Source of the DNA: an uncultured bacterium
Lineage (GTDB): Bacteria; Margulisbacteria; WOR-1; O2-12-FULL-45-9
DNA length: 64,000 bases
Direction of reading: 5' to 3'
Assembly: GCA_964568455.1 (NCBI GenBank)
Contig: CAZMPJ010000008.1
Coordinates: 1,143 to 65,142 of the forward strand
In this document: positions 61,106 through 64,000 of the stretch, one piece after another
Layout of the letters: the number at the start of each line of letters is the position of its first letter
Numbering within the stretch: the first letter of the stretch is position 1
Notes under the pieces: model-generated
Told to the model about the DNA's origin: nothing
The model's database searches: none
Seen by the model: the letters and a program-made list of their open reading frames with translations, nothing else
Made by a program: the position numbers and the translations under genes

Positions 61106-62203
61106 ATGTGGTCTAAAGACGATATAAAATTTATGCAGGAAGCTCATGCTTTGGCAATATCTGCTGAAGGGAAAACCACGCCTGATCCTATGGTAGGCGC
61201 GGTTTTGGTTAAAGCAGACCGCATTATTTCAGTCGGTTACCACGGTGAAATTACTACTCCTCATGCTGAATCCTGGGCCATACAAAAAGCAGGTAAAGAC
61301 GCCCAAGGCGCAAAACTTTATGTTAATCTAGAGCCTTGCTCTCACTTTGGTCATAACCCACCTTGCGCTGATCTAATCATTGCCTCTGGCATTAAAGAAG
61401 TAGTTGCTTCAATGAAAGATCCTAACCCTTTAGTTAGAGGAAAAGGCTTTGCTAAGCTGCGAAAACATGGGGTAAAAGTAAAAATCGGGCTTTTAGAAGA
61501 AGAAGCCAAAAAATTAAATGAAGTATTTATGAAATTTTTTACCAAGAAGCTGCCTTTTGTGGTTTTAAAAGAAGCCATGACCATTGATGGTAAAATTGCT
61601 ACTAAAACCGGCAACAGCCGCTGGGTTTCTTCTAAACAAACCAGGAAATTTGCTCATGAGTTGCGCAATATTTACGACGCTATTCTTTGCGGGATAAACA
61701 CGGTTTTAATTGATGATCCTAAATTAACTGCCAGATTAGTAAAAAGGGCGAAAAACCCTATTCGCATAGTTTTAGACGCGCATGCTAGAACTCCCTTGAA
61801 TGCTAATGTATTAAAAGTGAAAAGCGCGCCAACTATTATAGTGGTGGGGCCCAAAGCTCCACGGAAAAAAGTAAGGGCCTTGCAAAAAGCCGGCGCAGAA
61901 ATAATTTATGTTCCTGCGCCTAAAGGCAGAATTGAAATAAAAACCTTAATGAAAAAACTGGCTAAGATGAAAATTACCAGTGTTTTGATTGAGGGGGGTG
62001 GGGAGGTAGCCGCCTCAGCTTTGACTGCTAAAATAGTTGATAAGGCCTACTTTTTTATTGCACCAAAGATATTTGGGGGGCGAGAAGCTAAAACTGGGGT
62101 GGAAGGCGAGGGTGTTCGTTTTCCTTCACAAGCAATTAATCTTAAAAAAGTTGAAGTTTCAAACTGCGGTCCAGATGTTTTGATTTCCGGATATTTTGAT
62201 TAA
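61106..62203 (+). CDS. ribD: Bifunctional riboflavin biosynthesis deaminase/reductase
   Basis: Has the deaminase HAESWA...PCSHFGHNPPC zinc motif, then the reductase domain (TIDGKIAT, LIEGGG). Confidence 0.93.
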   Translation: MWSKDDIKFMQEAHALAISAEGKTTPDPMVGAVLVKADRIISVGYHGEITTPHAESWAIQKAGKDAQGAKLYVNLEPCSHFGHNPPCADLIIASGIKEVVASMKDPNPLVRGKGFAKLRKHGVKVKIGLLEEEAKKLNEVFMKFFTKKLPFVVLKEAMTIDGKIATKTGNSRWVSSKQTRKFAHELRNIYDAILCGINTVLIDDPKLTARLVKRAKNPIRIVLDAHARTPLNANVLKVKSAPTIIVVGPKAPRKKVRALQKAGAEIIYVPAPKGRIEIKTLMKKLAKMKITSVLIEGGGEVAASALTAKIVDKAYFFIAPKIFGGREAKTGVEGEGVRFPSQAINLKKVEVSNCGPDVLISGYFD

Positions 62204-63585
62204 AAATACAGATCTCTTTCGCCGTTTTCAATTCTAACTAAGCGACTTTTTATTTCTTCTTTAATTTTTGGATCAGGAATTTCTGCTAAAGTCTTCGTTA
62301 TTGCCGCCATGCCGGTTTTTTTGTCTTCCGGGCTAGCATAATCTTCTAAATATTCTTTTAAAGTCATAATAGCGTTAGGTGTGCAGTAGTTATGGATAAA
62401 ACCTGGGATGGCAAACTCCATAAAATGCTCACCAGTTCTGCCCAGTCGATAACAAGCAGTGCAAAAAGAAGGGAGATAGTTGTTTCCCATTAATTCATGC
62501 ATAACTTCAGCCAAAGAGCGAGTGTCTCCCAGCTCAAATTGCTGGCGGTGTTCTTCTTGATCTGGTCCTGTTTCTGTATAGCCACCTAACTCGGTTCTGG
62601 AGCCAGCATCAATTTGAGAACAGCCTAGATCAATTACTTCACGCCGCAGCTCAGGTGTTTCTCGAGCAGTTAAAATCATGCCAGTGTAGGGGACAGAGAG
62701 TCGGATAACCGCCACTAATTTTTTAAAATCCTCATCATTGACAATATAATCAGCTGGCAGATTTACATTTTGGGCCCGTTGTACTCTAGGGAAAGAAATA
62801 GTGTGTGGCCCAACTTTAAATTTTTCTTCCAGATGAATTGTATGAGACAAGAGTCCCATGACCTCAAACTTCCAGTCGTAAAGTCCAAATAAGGCGCCAA
62901 TGCCAATATCATCTAATCCAGCTTCTTGAGCCCGGTCTAAGCCATAAAGCCGCCATAAATAGTCGGATTTTTTCCCAGACGGATGATGTTTCTTATAAGT
63001 TTCTTGATGATAAGTTTCTTGAAAAATCTGATAGGTTCCAATGCCAGCTTTTTTAAGCTTTTTATATCCTTCCACATCCAAAGGCGCGGCATTAATGTTA
63101 ACTCGTCTAATTTCTCCGCCTCGTCCTTCTTTGGTGGCGTAGGCCGTTTGAACACATTTAGCAATAAAGTCAGCATTATATTTGGGATGCTCGCCAAAAA
63201 CCAGGATTAGCCTTTTTTGGCCGGCGGATTCCAGTTTTTTTATCTCTTTGGCTAGCTCATCGTTAGACAATGTCCTGCGTTTAGCTTCTTGGTTAGAATT
63301 TCTAAAAGCACAATAAGAACAATTATTCGTGCAGAGATTGCCAATATAAAGCGGAGCAAACAGTACAATGCGATTGCCATAAATAGCTTGTTTTAGTTTT
63401 TTAGCTCCAGCAAAAATCTCGTCCCAAAGTTCAGGCTCCTTAACATTTAAAAGCACAGCGCACTCTTCTAACGATAAACGATTTTTATTAAGCGATTTTT
63501 GAATAATTTCGCGCACCTGATTTTTATCAGGTTGTGTTTCCTTCAATAGTTTTTCTATTTTCTGTTCGTCTATGAATGATTTCAT
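62200..63585 (-). CDS. hydG: [FeFe]-hydrogenase maturase HydG (radical SAM tyrosine lyase)
   Basis: The N-terminal radical SAM motif is CTNNCSYC. The C-terminal CTAC-(22 aa)-C matches the HydG-specific CX2CX22C motif, which is absent from ThiH. Length is 461 aa. Confidence 0.85.
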   Translation of the reverse strand: MKSFIDEQKIEKLLKETQPDKNQVREIIQKSLNKNRLSLEECAVLLNVKEPELWDEIFAGAKKLKQAIYGNRIVLFAPLYIGNLCTNNCSYCAFRNSNQEAKRRTLSNDELAKEIKKLESAGQKRLILVFGEHPKYNADFIAKCVQTAYATKEGRGGEIRRVNINAAPLDVEGYKKLKKAGIGTYQIFQETYHQETYKKHHPSGKKSDYLWRLYGLDRAQEAGLDDIGIGALFGLYDWKFEVMGLLSHTIHLEEKFKVGPHTISFPRVQRAQNVNLPADYIVNDEDFKKLVAVIRLSVPYTGMILTARETPELRREVIDLGCSQIDAGSRTELGGYTETGPDQEEHRQQFELGDTRSLAEVMHELMGNNYLPSFCTACYRLGRTGEHFMEFAIPGFIHNYCTPNAIMTLKEYLEDYASPEDKKTGMAAITKTLAEIPDPKIKEEIKSRLVRIENGERDLYF

Positions 63586-64000
63586 GTAGTAATCCCCAAA
63601 TCAGTTGGCGCTCTGCCTAAATCGCGTAAAATATTTAAGGTTTCGTCTATTTGCCCTTGCAAAGCCTCCTTGGAATGGGCGCGGTTAGGGTAAATTAAAT
63701 AATGTTGCGAATATTTTTCCGGTGTAACGTTAAGCATTACTGAATTAGCTCCTGAAATTAAGCCTTCTTGCCGAGCATTCTGATATAAAGTTTCAAATCC
63801 AGTGGTAACAACTATCTTAGCCTCTTTTTGACCGGCAATTCTAGCTACAGCCAAGGTTTTTAGCACAGTTTTAATGTCAGGTGCAGGATTTTTACCTAAA
63901 GGGGTGTTGGGGTGGGGCAGGAAAGGACCAAAAGTGTACATTTCAGTATTTAATTCTTTGGTTAACAGGATATCATTCAATATATCTTCATTGGTTTGAC
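63582..64000 (-). CDS. hydE: Radical SAM maturase, HydE/BioB-like; C-terminal part only, with the ORF open to the window edge
   Basis: Contains FGPFLPHPNTPLG, a BioB/HydE-like C-terminal barrel. It is coupled by ATGA overlap to hydG. No stop occurs between 63980 and 64000. Confidence 0.6.
   Translation of the reverse strand, partial: QTNEDILNDILLTKELNTEMYTFGPFLPHPNTPLGKNPAPDIKTVLKTLAVARIAGQKEAKIVVTTGFETLYQNARQEGLISGANSVMLNVTPEKYSQHYLIYPNRAHSKEALQGQIDETLNILRDLGRAPTDLGITT

Noticed and set aside
1-64000. A search for tRNA and rRNA genes, riboswitches (FMN before ribD, preQ1 before queD) and group I/II introns
   Set aside because: The intergenic spaces before ribD (36 nt) and queD (9 nt) are too short for riboswitches. 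By eye I saw no cloverleaf-capable segments or rRNA-like stretches. This was not a computational scan.

Overview
This is an AT-rich, very compact bacterial chromosome segment with about 70 CDS, many ATGA/TAATG couplings and several overlapping convergent gene ends. The recognisable core is housekeeping. It includes aroC, the rpsP-KH-ylqD-trmD-rplS-lepB ribosomal cluster, rnhB, hisB, ruvB, tlyA, nadK, proA, nadD, dut and dapB. It also includes smpB plus a tmRNA, def-fmt, nrdR with two tandem class III nrdD genes, ispH, dapL-dapF, queD, murI, cca, rpe, ribD and hydG-hydE. The gene content (secretin, AMIN domains, Slt-type transglycosylase, class III RNR, [FeFe]-hydrogenase maturases, DapL route) suggests an anaerobic diderm, possibly an uncultivated lineage; that is inference only. 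No rRNA, tRNA or CRISPR array was found. Between the housekeeping genes sit blocks of genes I cannot assign to any family. These are 5478-6146, 17722-17931, 19225-21327, 23778-27529, 41118-42570, 44560-48183, 53414-55114 and 57489-61069. They include two pairs of large paralogues. The main result is that these orphan blocks, plus one NagB-like/radical-SAM operon, are each preceded by the same fixed-geometry promoter-like motif: (G/C)TGAAA, exactly 18 nt, then (C)GATAxx. There are 11 copies, and six of them lie 5-8 nt from the ATG, which implies leaderless transcripts. Recognisable housekeeping units instead use TGnTATAAT or TTGACT-N17-TATAAT. The closest known consensus is the sigma-28/FliA/SigD class (TAAA-N15-GCCGATAA), so I propose an alternative-sigma regulon of undescribed proteins. 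Other notable items: a TrmD fused to a second SPOUT domain; a PrkC-like gene split into a predicted pseudokinase and a separate PASTA protein; tandem nrdD copies with near-identical patches; a DUF559 gene in a cassette with perfect nested inverted repeats; a tmRNA with an unusually long predicted tag; heptamer/nonamer tandem repeats; and a frameshifted amidase.
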